DNA of 64,000 nucleotides from NCBI RefSeq assembly GCF_054482595.1, contig NZ_CM137008.1; one strand, 5' to 3'. Shown piece by piece: positions 54,649 to 64,000 of this stretch (position 1 is its first letter; each line of letters starts with the position of its first letter). The notes under the pieces were generated by a model. It saw only the letters and a program-made list of their open reading frames with translations, ran no database searches and was not told where the DNA came from. The position numbers and the translations under genes were made by a program.

Positions 54649-54822
54649 TTAAAACAGTGAAAACAACAGCGCCACCGGGAAACTCATCGGCCATGTTGCC
54701 CCCACCAGAAAGGCGCTTAAGAAACGGATGCGTTTCTTATCGTGAGAAAGAAACCAGGTGATAAGAAATGCGATTGCTGCCATAACCGCATAAAAAACAA
54801 GCATGTGTTGATAGAGAGACAT
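54649..54822 (-). CDS. ortT: Small membrane toxin OrtT (YdcX), 57 aa
   Basis: Product MSLYQHMLVFYAVMAAIAFLITWFLSHDKKRIRFLSAFLVGATWPMSFPVALLFSLF within ORF 54649-54897. Confidence 0.8.
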   Translation of the reverse strand: MSLYQHMLVFYAVMAAIAFLITWFLSHDKKRIRFLSAFLVGATWPMSFPVALLFSLF

Positions 54823-55016
54823 GTACGGGCGTCCAGCCAGATGAATAAAACGCGCGCAAATATGCGTCATTTTTTGATGTGCATCAAGTTTTTTCACCAG
54901 TTAGAGAAAAAATCATCAAACAGCAACTTGCCCTTATCCATCTTCAGAATGAGTATTATTGCGGATTTTCTTAACCCGTACTATACACATAGGGGCAATG
55001 ATAAAAGGTGGCAAAA

Positions 55017-55112
55017 ATGAATGTTTCCAGTAGAACTGTAGTACTGATAAATGTCTTTGCTGCTGTTGGTTTGTTTACTCTTATCTCTATGAGATTTGGC
55101 TGGTTTATTTGA
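55017..55112 (+). CDS. yncL: Small membrane protein YncL (31 aa)
   Basis: Hand-translated MNVSSRTVVLINVFAAVGLFTLISMRFGWFI, preceded by aaaaggtgg Shine-Dalgarno and followed by a hairpin gtactgtcagag…ctctgacagtac; below the ORF-track cutoff. Confidence 0.75.
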   Translation: MNVSSRTVVLINVFAAVGLFTLISMRFGWFI

Positions 55113-55208
55113 TGTAGTGATTTTGCACGCAGCACGTACTGTCAGAGAAATCAGTGCTCTGACAGTACGCAAGATCATCTCATACTCTTACGATCTGCAA
55201 TATTATCC

Positions 55209-56633
55209 TTAATGTTTAACCATGACGTGGCGGACGACGGTGTAATCCTCCAGCCCATAAAGTGACATATCCTTGCCGTAACCAGAAAGTTTCTGCCCAC
55301 CGTGCGGCATTTCACTTACCAGCATGAAATGGGTATTGACCCAGGTACAACCATATTGCAGCCGTGCGCTGACGCGATGCGCCCTGCCCACATCTTTCGT
55401 CCATACCGAAGATGCAAGTCCGTACTGGCTGTCATTCGCCCAGTTCACCACCTGTTCTTCGTTGTCGAAGGGCGTAACACTCACTACTGGACCAAATACC
55501 TCTTTTTGCACGATGGCATCGTCCTGTAATGCGCCAGCCAGCAGCGTCGGCGCATAGTAATAGCCATTACCCTTGCGCTTTTCACCGCCAGTGATCACTT
55601 TGATGTGCCCTGTCGCTTTCGCCTCTTCTACTGCCTTGCTGACGCGTTCGAGATGCGCCAGCGAGCTTAAAGGTCCAAGCTCCGTAGACTCGTCATCCGG
55701 CGCACCAGATTTTAACGTTGCCACCGCAGCACCCAGTTTTTCCACCAGCGTATCGTAAATGCCTTTTTGCGCGTAGATCCGACAAGCCGCAGTACAATCC
55801 TGTCCAGCATTGTAATAGCCAAATGTACGTACACCTTCGACCACTGCTTCAATATCCGCATCATCAAAAACAATCACTGGCGCTTTGCCACCAAGTTCCA
55901 TATGAGTACGCTTAATGGACGACGCGGTATGGCTGATGATGTGCTCGCCGGTGGCGATAGAGCCCGTCAGCGACACCATCCGCACTTTGGGATGACCGGT
56001 CAGCGGATCACCCACCGTTTTGCCTCTGCCAAACAGTACGTTAATCACGCCTGCCGGGAAGATATCTTTCGCCAGCTCTGCCAACTTCAACGCGGTCAGC
56101 GGGGTAATTTCTGATGGTTTAAGCACTACGCAGTTCCCTGCCGCCAGCGCCGGAGCCAGTTTCCACGCTGCCATCATCAGCGGATAATTCCACGGTGCGA
56201 TAGAAGCCACGACCCCCAACGGATCGCGACGGATCATCGAAGTATGACCTTCAAGATATTCACCTGCCGCCAGACCATTCAGACAGCGCGCCGCACCCGC
56301 GAAAAAGCGAAAAACATCGACAATCGCCGGGATTTCATCATTGAACGCACTATGCAGCGGTTTGCCACAATTACGGGACTCCAGTTCGGCAAAAACCTGA
56401 CCATTTTCTTCGATAACATCAGCCAGTTTCAGCAGACATTCCGCACGCACTTTCGGCGTGGTTTGCCCCCATTCGGCAAATGCTGCATCTGCCGCGCGCA
56501 CAGCAGCATCGACCTGCTCTGCGGATGCCTCGGCAATCTCCAGTAAAACGTCCCCCGTTGCCGGATTATAGACAGGCTGTTTTTCCCCTTCGCCGCTAAC
56601 CAGTTCTCCGTTAATCAGTAACTTATGTTGCAT
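55209..56633 (-). CDS. patD: Gamma-aminobutyraldehyde dehydrogenase PatD (YdcW)
   Basis: 474-aa aldehyde dehydrogenase family ORF. Confidence 0.9.
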   Translation of the reverse strand: MQHKLLINGELVSGEGEKQPVYNPATGDVLLEIAEASAEQVDAAVRAADAAFAEWGQTTPKVRAECLLKLADVIEENGQVFAELESRNCGKPLHSAFNDEIPAIVDVFRFFAGAARCLNGLAAGEYLEGHTSMIRRDPLGVVASIAPWNYPLMMAAWKLAPALAAGNCVVLKPSEITPLTALKLAELAKDIFPAGVINVLFGRGKTVGDPLTGHPKVRMVSLTGSIATGEHIISHTASSIKRTHMELGGKAPVIVFDDADIEAVVEGVRTFGYYNAGQDCTAACRIYAQKGIYDTLVEKLGAAVATLKSGAPDDESTELGPLSSLAHLERVSKAVEEAKATGHIKVITGGEKRKGNGYYYAPTLLAGALQDDAIVQKEVFGPVVSVTPFDNEEQVVNWANDSQYGLASSVWTKDVGRAHRVSARLQYGCTWVNTHFMLVSEMPHGGQKLSGYGKDMSLYGLEDYTVVRHVMVKH

Positions 56634-56654
56634 AGCATATTCCTGTATCAGTGG

Positions 56655-57449
56655 TTATTGACCATTGTCGCCTTCGCGGGTTAGCCACCAAGCCCCCAGG
56701 ATCGGCAAGGTTGTTACCAACATAACCAGCAGTGCCACCACGTTAGTTACCGGTACATCACGCGGTCGCCCAAGCTGATTGAGCAACCACAACGGTAACG
56801 TTCGTTCATGACCTGCCGTAAAAGTCGTAACGATGATTTCATCGAACGACAAGGCAAACGCCAGCATTCCTCCTGCCAGTAGCGCCGAACTGAGATTCGG
56901 CAACACTACGTAGCGGAAGGTTTGCCAGCCATTGGCCCCAAGATCCATTGACGCCTCAACCAGACTCCACGAGGTGCGGCGAAAACGGGCGATGACATTG
57001 TTAAACACCACCACTACGCAAAAAGTCGCATGACCGACCACGATGGTGAAAAATCCCGGCTCCAGATTGATGGTTTTAAAAGCGGTTAATAGCGCCAGAC
57101 CAGTGACAATGCCCGGCAGCGCAATGGGCAGCAGCAGTAACAGCGAAATGGCGTTTTTGCCGAAAAAGTCTCGTCGCCACAGCGCGGCAGCTGCCAGCGT
57201 CCCTAACACCAGCGCAATTAATGTCGCCAGCGCCGCCACTTTAAGTGACAGTGTCACGGCATCAAGAATATCACTACGCCGTGCTGCCACGCTAAACCAG
57301 TGCAGCGTCAGGCCCTGCGGTGGAAAACTAAACGCCGCATCTTCAGTGTTAAACGCATAGGCGGCGATTATCAGGATGGGAAAATGTAGGAAAACAACGC
57401 CGCCCCAGGCCGCCAGTTTGAGGAAAAACGGTGCGCGTTCAGAGTGCAT
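56655..57449 (-). CDS. ydcV: ABC transporter permease YdcV
   Basis: 264-aa multi-TM ORF; operon position. Confidence 0.85.
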   Translation of the reverse strand: MHSERAPFFLKLAAWGGVVFLHFPILIIAAYAFNTEDAAFSFPPQGLTLHWFSVAARRSDILDAVTLSLKVAALATLIALVLGTLAAAALWRRDFFGKNAISLLLLLPIALPGIVTGLALLTAFKTINLEPGFFTIVVGHATFCVVVVFNNVIARFRRTSWSLVEASMDLGANGWQTFRYVVLPNLSSALLAGGMLAFALSFDEIIVTTFTAGHERTLPLWLLNQLGRPRDVPVTNVVALLVMLVTTLPILGAWWLTREGDNGQ

Positions 57450-58380
57450 CGAACGCTCCCAGACGTTTCACGAACGCCAGGTACAGTGCGATGAGAACAA
57501 TCGGCACCAGGGTGAATGCCGCCGCCATCGGCATATTGCCAATCGCCCCCTGCTGGGAATAAACCATATTGCCGATAAAATATCCTGGAGGACCAACCAG
57601 CTGCGGGACGATAAAATCGCCCAGTGTGAGTGAGAAGGTAAAGATAGAGCCAGCGGCAATACCCGGGATTGCCAGCGGCAGCACCACATAGCGAAAGGTT
57701 TGTCGTGGACGTGCGCCGAGATCAGCCGACGCCTGCAACAATGACGGCGGCAAACGCTCAAGCGCCGCCTGAACGGGCAGGATCATGAACGGCAACCAGA
57801 TATAGAGAAACACCAGAAAGCGCCCCAGCCCGGAAGTTGACAGCGTATTTCCGCCCACCGCAGGTAATGTAAGGAACGCAGTCAGCAGTGGTTCCAGCCC
57901 AAGATGTTGTAAAAACCACTGAGCCACGCCATCTTTTGCCAGCAATAACGTCCAGGCATAGGCTTTAACAATGTAGCTCGCCCACATCGGCAACATTACC
58001 GCAATATAAAAAAAAGCTTTCATTTTCCCGCTGGTATAGCGCGCCATATACCACGCCATTGGAAAAGCCAGAATGGCGCTGGCGATAGTGACTGCCACAG
58101 CCATAGTCAGCGTGCGGAGAATGATGTCGTAATTCGCCGGATTAAACAGCGCACGGATATTCGCCAGCGTCAGTTCCGGCGTTACCGACATGGTGAAATC
58201 GTCAAAAGTATAAAATCCCTGCCATAACAGTGTCAGCAGCGAGCCGAAATAGACAATGCCAAACCACATTAGCGGGCCAAGCAGCAGTAAAAACAGCCCC
58301 AGCCCCGGATTACGCCAGAAGAAACCGGACACCTTACCCAGACCTGGACGTGAAGGTGATTGCAATACATTCATCGCCAT
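57439..58380 (-). CDS. ydcU: ABC transporter permease YdcU
   Basis: 313-aa multi-TM ORF; overlaps ydcV start. Confidence 0.85.
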   Translation of the reverse strand: MAMNVLQSPSRPGLGKVSGFFWRNPGLGLFLLLLGPLMWFGIVYFGSLLTLLWQGFYTFDDFTMSVTPELTLANIRALFNPANYDIILRTLTMAVAVTIASAILAFPMAWYMARYTSGKMKAFFYIAVMLPMWASYIVKAYAWTLLLAKDGVAQWFLQHLGLEPLLTAFLTLPAVGGNTLSTSGLGRFLVFLYIWLPFMILPVQAALERLPPSLLQASADLGARPRQTFRYVVLPLAIPGIAAGSIFTFSLTLGDFIVPQLVGPPGYFIGNMVYSQQGAIGNMPMAAAFTLVPIVLIALYLAFVKRLGAFDAL

Positions 58381-59394
58381 TCACCTCTCCTCAACCAGCG
58401 GCACCATCACATCACGCGACCAGGAAACCATCACCTGTTGTCCGGGCGTGAGCGTGGCAGGCAGTTCTTCGCCTGTCATATTGGCCTGACTCACAAGCAG
58501 TTTTTCACCGCCGTTCAATTTCAGTTCAAAACGAGTTGCCGCGCCCTGATATTGCACCGCCTGGATCGTGCCATTGGCCTGCAGTTCACCAGGGGTGTTG
58601 AGGCGGATATGTTCCGGTCGCAGGGCGAAGCTTCCCGTCATGCCACAAAGTTTCTCTGCCATCAGTCCATCAAAAACGTTGGATGTCCCGACGAATCCGG
58701 CAACAAACGGCGTGCGCGGGCGCATATAGAGATCGCGCGGGGAATCGACCTGCTCAATGCGTCCATTATTGAAAACCGCCACACGATCGGACATCGATAA
58801 CGCTTCGCCCTGATCGTGGGTAACGAAGATAAAAGTGATACCGAGAGACTGTTGCAGTTTTTTCAGTTCCAGCTGCATCTGCTCACGCAATTTGAGATCC
58901 AGTGCGCCGAGCGGTTCATCCAACAGCAATACGCGCGGTTCATTCACCAATGCTCTGGCGATAGCAACCCGCTGGCGCTGACCACCAGAAAGTTGTGACG
59001 GTTTACGTTGCTGTACAAACCCCAACGCCACTTTCTCCAGCGCCTCTTGCGCCATTGCGTGCCGCTGCTTTTTATTCACGCCTTTGACCATCAGCCCATA
59101 GGCGACATTGTCAAGAATCGACATATGCGGAAATAGCGCGTAGTCCTGAAAGACAGTATTCACGTCCCGCTCCCACGGTGGCAGATTGCTGGCGGGTTTA
59201 CCAAAGATAGAGATAGCCCCGCCGGAAAGCTGTTCGAAGCCAGCAATCAGGCGCAGGCAGGTGGTTTTGCCGGAGCCGGACGGCCCCAGCATAGAGAAGA
59301 ACTCACCATCTTTTATCGCAATACTGACGCCATCTACTGCGCGCACGTCACCGTACAACCGCGAGACGTTGTCAAACTCCACTGCGTACGTCAT
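58381..59394 (-). CDS. ydcT: ABC transporter ATP-binding protein YdcT
   Basis: 337-aa ORF; Walker A GPSGSGKTT and signature LSGGQRQR. Confidence 0.9.
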   Translation of the reverse strand: MTYAVEFDNVSRLYGDVRAVDGVSIAIKDGEFFSMLGPSGSGKTTCLRLIAGFEQLSGGAISIFGKPASNLPPWERDVNTVFQDYALFPHMSILDNVAYGLMVKGVNKKQRHAMAQEALEKVALGFVQQRKPSQLSGGQRQRVAIARALVNEPRVLLLDEPLGALDLKLREQMQLELKKLQQSLGITFIFVTHDQGEALSMSDRVAVFNNGRIEQVDSPRDLYMRPRTPFVAGFVGTSNVFDGLMAEKLCGMTGSFALRPEHIRLNTPGELQANGTIQAVQYQGAATRFELKLNGGEKLLVSQANMTGEELPATLTPGQQVMVSWSRDVMVPLVEER

Positions 59395-59411
59395 AAAGCA
59401 CCCCAGCGAAG

Positions 59412-60557
59412 TTAGCGACCGCCCATAATGGCAATGTAATCCTGCGTCCAGCGACTGTAGGGAACAAACTTGCCCCCTTCTGCTATAGGCGTTTTCCAGA
59501 AGGCGATTTTGTCGAAATAGTTAAAACCGTTGGTTTCACAACCTTTTTCGCCTAATAACGGACTGGCTTTACACCCTTCCGGCACTACCGGTAACGAGCC
59601 AAACCAGGCCGCCACATCGCCCTGCACTTTTGGCGTTAATGACCAGTTCATCCATTTGTAGGCGCAAACCGGATGTTTCGCTTCGCTATGCAGCATGGTG
59701 GTATCAGCCCAACCGGTAACACCCTCCTTCGGGAAAACGGTAGCAACAGGCTGGCCTTCGGCTTTCAGGGCGTTGGCCTGATAGGGCCAGGCACTGGAAG
59801 CAACCACACCCTCGTTTTTGAAATCGCTCATTTGCACGGTAGTGTCATGCCAGTAGCGATGGATCAAACTGTGTTGAGCGCGCAGCACTTTCAGCACCGC
59901 CTGGTACTGTTCTTCGGTTAGTTGATACGGATCGCTGATGCCCAACTGCGGCTGAGTGGCTTTAACGAACAACGCAGCGTCCGCAATGTAGATAGGGCCA
60001 TCATAAGCCTGAACGCGGCCTTTATTGCTCTTGCCGTCCGGCAGATTTTGCTCAACAAAAACCACTTGCCAGTTATCCGGCGGCGTCGGGAAGGTTTTAG
60101 TGTTGTACATCAGCAGGTTCGGCCCCCATTGGTAAGGTGTGCCGTAAACTTTGCCGCCAACATTAAACCAGTCGCCTTTAACCACGCGCGGATCGAGCGT
60201 TTTCCAGTTGGGAATCAAGGCGGTATTAATCGGCTGCACGCGTTTGCCCATAATCAAACGCAGCGAGGCATCGCCGGATGCCGTAACCAGATCGTAACCC
60301 CCTTTGGTCATCAGACTGACCATTTCATCGGAAGTCGCGGCGGTTTTCACATTCACCGCGCAGCCTGTCTCTTTTTCAAATTGCGTTACCCAGTCGTATT
60401 GTTTATCAGTTTGTCCGCGTTCGATGTATCCCGGCCAGGCGATAATATCCAGTCGCCCTTCCGGTTTATCTAAATTGGTAGGTGGTTCGGCGGCGTGAGC
60501 GGTCATTATTGTCATGGTGAGCGCACACAGGCTGCTGCGGGCAAATGTCTTGCTCAT
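59412..60557 (-). CDS. ydcS: Periplasmic substrate-binding protein YdcS (polyamine-type ABC transporter)
   Basis: 381-aa ORF with signal peptide; operon position. Confidence 0.85.
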   Translation of the reverse strand: MSKTFARSSLCALTMTIMTAHAAEPPTNLDKPEGRLDIIAWPGYIERGQTDKQYDWVTQFEKETGCAVNVKTAATSDEMVSLMTKGGYDLVTASGDASLRLIMGKRVQPINTALIPNWKTLDPRVVKGDWFNVGGKVYGTPYQWGPNLLMYNTKTFPTPPDNWQVVFVEQNLPDGKSNKGRVQAYDGPIYIADAALFVKATQPQLGISDPYQLTEEQYQAVLKVLRAQHSLIHRYWHDTTVQMSDFKNEGVVASSAWPYQANALKAEGQPVATVFPKEGVTGWADTTMLHSEAKHPVCAYKWMNWSLTPKVQGDVAAWFGSLPVVPEGCKASPLLGEKGCETNGFNYFDKIAFWKTPIAEGGKFVPYSRWTQDYIAIMGGR

Positions 60558-60801
60558 AAGGTCTTACTCCTGTCGTAATTAATTGTTCAGCCGCCGTGCC
60601 GTAAAAATATCTCCTTGTTTAACCATAGACGGCGGCTTGCAGGCACACCTTCGCCCCTGAGAAAATTTAATCAGGTTGTGAGCTACCGCGCATTATGCCG
60701 TCTGTAAGGTTATCTTCTGGAGTATAGACAAGGGGTTAGGAAATATGACTGCTATTCGAAATTCATATTACCCAATCTAAGAGGAATTAAATTAAACGCT
60801 A

Positions 60802-62208
60802 TTACAGCCGTTCTTGAATAAGTTTGCCTAATTGTTTTACCGCCTGTTCTTCACGTTCTCCCCACTGCCACGCGGTATTAAAACGAAAAAAACGTGACCA
60901 GTTTTCACCGGTAGAAAACATTTTACCCGGCGCAATACTGATATGATGCGTCAGTGCCGCCAGGCTTAATTCGCCGGCATCTAACGGCTCGGGGAGCTCC
61001 AGCCAGAGAAAATAACCGCTGTCACTATGATGAATTTTAACTTCCGCAGGCAGATAACGCAGCAGTGCCTGCCAGGCACGTTGTTTACGTTCCGCAAGCT
61101 GGCGACGCAGGCGACGAAGATGGGCGTCGTATCGGCGCGTGGAAAGGTAATCCACCAGCGCAAGTTGCATCGGTGAGCTGGTGGAAAGCGTACTCATCAA
61201 CTGCAAGCGTTGAATTTTACGTGCATGTTTTCCGGCGGCGACCCAACCAATACGAAAACCAGGCACCAGACATTTCGAAAACGAAGAGCAATGCAAAACG
61301 CCATCGTGGCGATCCCACGCTTTCGCAGGCAGCGGTTTTTCCCGTCCAAAATAAAGTTCGCTGTAAACGTCATCTTCAATCAGCGTTACGTTGTACTGAT
61401 TGAGTAACGCCACCAGTTGTGCTTTATTTTGCGGCGTTAAGGTAAATCCGAGTGGGTTCTGGCTATTAGTCATCAGCCAGCACGCTTTCACCGGATAATC
61501 CTGCAACGCCAGTTCCAGCGCCTGAAGATCGATCCCTTCTTTAACATCCGTCGCCACCGATAACGCCTTCAGCCGTAGCCGCTCCAGCGCCTGCAACGCA
61601 CCGTAGAAACAAGGATTCTCTACTATCACCCAATCGCCCGGTTCAGTTACCGCTTGCAAACTGAGGTTTAATGCCTCTAACGCCCCGGCAGTAATGACAA
61701 TTTCATCAGGAGAAATGGTGATGCCCTGTAAGGCATAGCGACGAGCAATAGCCTGACGCAGTTCTGCGTTTCCTGGCGGTAAGTTTTCAATCACGCTCAT
61801 CGCCGTGGCGGTTTTGCTTACCTGCGCCAGCGAGCGGTTTAGTTGTTGGAGGGGGAAAAGTCGCGGGTCGGGAAAGGCCGAGGCAAACGGAACGACCGAC
61901 GGATCGCGACTGGCCTGCAACATATCAAAAATATAAGTGTTGATATCGACTGCTTCATCTCGAGTGACTGGAATGACTGGCGCTTTCGGCATTTTTATTG
62001 CCTGTGGCGCAACGTAATAACCCGACTGCGGTCGTGCGATAATATATCCCTGACTTTCGAGCAACTGATAGGCATGGCTGACAGTCATAAAGCTCATGCC
62101 TGAAAGCGCCACCTGGTCACGCAACGAAGGCAAACGATCGCCGGGTTGCCAGATACCCGACGCAATCTGCTCGCGTAATTGTTCTGCAAGCTGCTGGTAT
62201 TTTTTCAT
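60802..62208 (-). CDS. ydcR: MocR/GntR-family regulator YdcR (HTH fused to aminotransferase-like domain)
   Basis: 468-aa ORF; N-terminal GntR HTH plus large PLP-aminotransferase-like domain. Confidence 0.85.
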   Translation of the reverse strand: MKKYQQLAEQLREQIASGIWQPGDRLPSLRDQVALSGMSFMTVSHAYQLLESQGYIIARPQSGYYVAPQAIKMPKAPVIPVTRDEAVDINTYIFDMLQASRDPSVVPFASAFPDPRLFPLQQLNRSLAQVSKTATAMSVIENLPPGNAELRQAIARRYALQGITISPDEIVITAGALEALNLSLQAVTEPGDWVIVENPCFYGALQALERLRLKALSVATDVKEGIDLQALELALQDYPVKACWLMTNSQNPLGFTLTPQNKAQLVALLNQYNVTLIEDDVYSELYFGREKPLPAKAWDRHDGVLHCSSFSKCLVPGFRIGWVAAGKHARKIQRLQLMSTLSTSSPMQLALVDYLSTRRYDAHLRRLRRQLAERKQRAWQALLRYLPAEVKIHHSDSGYFLWLELPEPLDAGELSLAALTHHISIAPGKMFSTGENWSRFFRFNTAWQWGEREEQAVKQLGKLIQERL

Positions 62209-62286
62209 TATCGAATCGTAATTATGTGCAGATGATTCGGCAGTCTATATCAGTTGTTAAAAATGACAACTTTTCGTTAACTGTAA

Positions 62287-62703
<417 letters not shown>

Positions 62704-62748
62704 AATTTCGACTGTCTCTCGCATGTCATTAACCTTTTTAATTGGCGA

Positions 62749-62903
62749 TTAACTCAAACCGAGTTGTTTCAGGATTGCTTTACGCAGGAGTGACGCGGCA
62801 TGACACTGCGCCTCCCATGAAACCTGAGTTTCAAATGGTTGCGGCCATTCGCTACATCGACGCCCTGAGATTCGAGCCAACGTCTGAACTCGCTTTGTTT
62901 CAC
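62749..62903 (-). pseudogene. hicA: hicA toxin gene, apparently disrupted by an internal deletion/frameshift
   Basis: GTG start with GGAGG Shine-Dalgarno gives VKQSEFRRWLESQGVDVANGRNHLKLRFHGRRSVMPRH then shifts frame to a stop at 62769-62771; the HicA-like C-terminus LRKAILKQLGLS is encoded in another frame ending at 62749. Confidence 0.6.
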
Positions 62904-63124
62904 ATCGCCTCCCTGCCGCTGAGTATATCAACAAAGTAAACATTATTGTTTACCTCCGTGTGTAATTTGCTCGAAAATAGCACTAAATCGCCGCAACGGC
63001 AGAATGCCATGCAAAATCAGGAAGGAAGATTCCAGAATTTCTTTGCGCTAATTTGCAAAACTGAATAATAACCTCAAGAAACGATCGGCATCATAGCGGC
63101 AAAAGGTAAGAAAAAGGTGGCAGG

Positions 63125-63355
63125 ATGTTTACGAAGGCGTTATCGGTTGTCTTATTAACGTGTGCGCTGTTCTCAGGACAACTCATGGCAGGGCACAAAG
63201 GACATGAATTTGTGTGGGTAAAGAATGTGGATCATCAGCTGCGTCATGAAGCGGACAGCGATGAATTGCGTGCTGTGGCGGAAGAGTCGGCGGAAGGTTT
63301 GCGCGAGCATTTTTACTGGCAAAAATCGCGCAAACCAGAAGCGGGACAACGTTGA
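63125..63355 (+). CDS. yncJ: Secreted small protein YncJ (signal peptide)
   Basis: 76-aa ORF MFTKALSVVLLTCALFSGQLMA…. Confidence 0.8.
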   Translation: MFTKALSVVLLTCALFSGQLMAGHKGHEFVWVKNVDHQLRHEADSDELRAVAEESAEGLREHFYWQKSRKPEAGQR

Positions 63356-63446
63356 GTCATTTGTTGCCGGATGCGGCGAGACGCCTTACCCGGCAGGCAA
63401 TATCATGCAGATTCAATGAGTTGTGAGTAACCAGAAAACTGGCGTT

Positions 63447-64000
63447 TTACCCTTTTCGCTTAGGCAATGTTTTCAGCAGCTCATCCGGACTTACGGATGC
63501 CACTACGCTTCCCGGTAACGGCATTTTCAGTATGTGATTTTTGATTTTGCCAATGACGTGCATCTCGCATGGGCGGCAATCAAACTTTAGCGTTAATACT
63601 TCATCGCCGTTAACCAGTTGCATTGGCGTCGCCTTCCAGCTTTTGATATTGCCTTTCGCCTGTTTCGGGCACAGATTAAAGGCAAAGCGCAGACAATGCT
63701 TGGTGATCATCACCGGGACTTCGCCCTTCTCTTCATGTGCTTCATACGCCGCGTCAATCAGCTGCACACCATAGCGATGATAAAATTCACGCGCTTTCTG
63801 GTTGTATACGTTCGCGAGGAAACTCAGATGCGTTTGCGGATAAACCGGCGCAGGATCAGCAACCGGTTTACGGCTGCCGCGCTGGTAACTGGCAAGACGC
63901 GCAGCATCCAGCATGTCAGCAGCTTCACGGCGGAACTGGTTTAACAGACTGTTTGGTACAAACAGCGCCCCCGGCAAATTAATTTGCACATCGCGGGCGT
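63447..64000 (-). CDS. ydcP: Peptidase U32-family protein YdcP, C-terminal part; gene continues beyond the window end
   Basis: ORF 63447-63989 open to the window edge on the minus strand; synteny after yncJ. Confidence 0.7.
   Translation of the reverse strand, partial: ARDVQINLPGALFVPNSLLNQFRREAADMLDAARLASYQRGSRKPVADPAPVYPQTHLSFLANVYNQKAREFYHRYGVQLIDAAYEAHEEKGEVPVMITKHCLRFAFNLCPKQAKGNIKSWKATPMQLVNGDEVLTLKFDCRPCEMHVIGKIKNHILKMPLPGSVVASVSPDELLKTLPKRKG

Overview
This window is a syntenic stretch of an Escherichia coli chromosome matching the K-12 ~1.50-1.57 Mb region in reverse orientation, identified from the translated ORFs and from recalled K-12 gene order (no database search was run). Gene order: gadC (3' part), yddW, dosC-dosP, ddpXABCDF, osmC, bdm, sra, maeA, adhP, yddM, fdnGHI (minus strand, with an in-frame selenocysteine UGA), yddG, yddL/yddK, narU, narZYWV, yddE, nhoA, yddH, pptA, then an ~8.4 kb accessory island, then yncG, ansP, yncE, yncD, mcbR, curA, mnaT, ydcZ, ydcY, ortT, yncL, patD-ydcVUTS, ydcR, hicB, hicA, yncJ and the 3' part of ydcP. 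The island (about 36963-45346) is the most interesting part: an intact vgrG followed by a full-length PAAR-Rhs gene whose core ends at the DPLGL motif and is followed by a 148-aa AT-rich C-terminal domain I cannot assign to any toxin family, translationally coupled to a 137-aa predicted inner-membrane lipoprotein (putative immunity gene) that carries a 15-bp tandem repeat in its signal peptide. Downstream lies a degenerate orphan Rhs core remnant, and upstream a 1.1 kb AT-rich leader. Secondary observations: an apparent ~22-bp deletion truncating the hicA toxin next to an intact hicB; an AT-rich islet with a porin N-terminal fragment and a 443-aa leucine-rich-repeat protein; candidate sigma54, FNR and Fur sites; and small proteins (sra, yncL) below the ORF-track cutoff. 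No rRNA, tRNA, CRISPR array, IS element or prophage was recognised.
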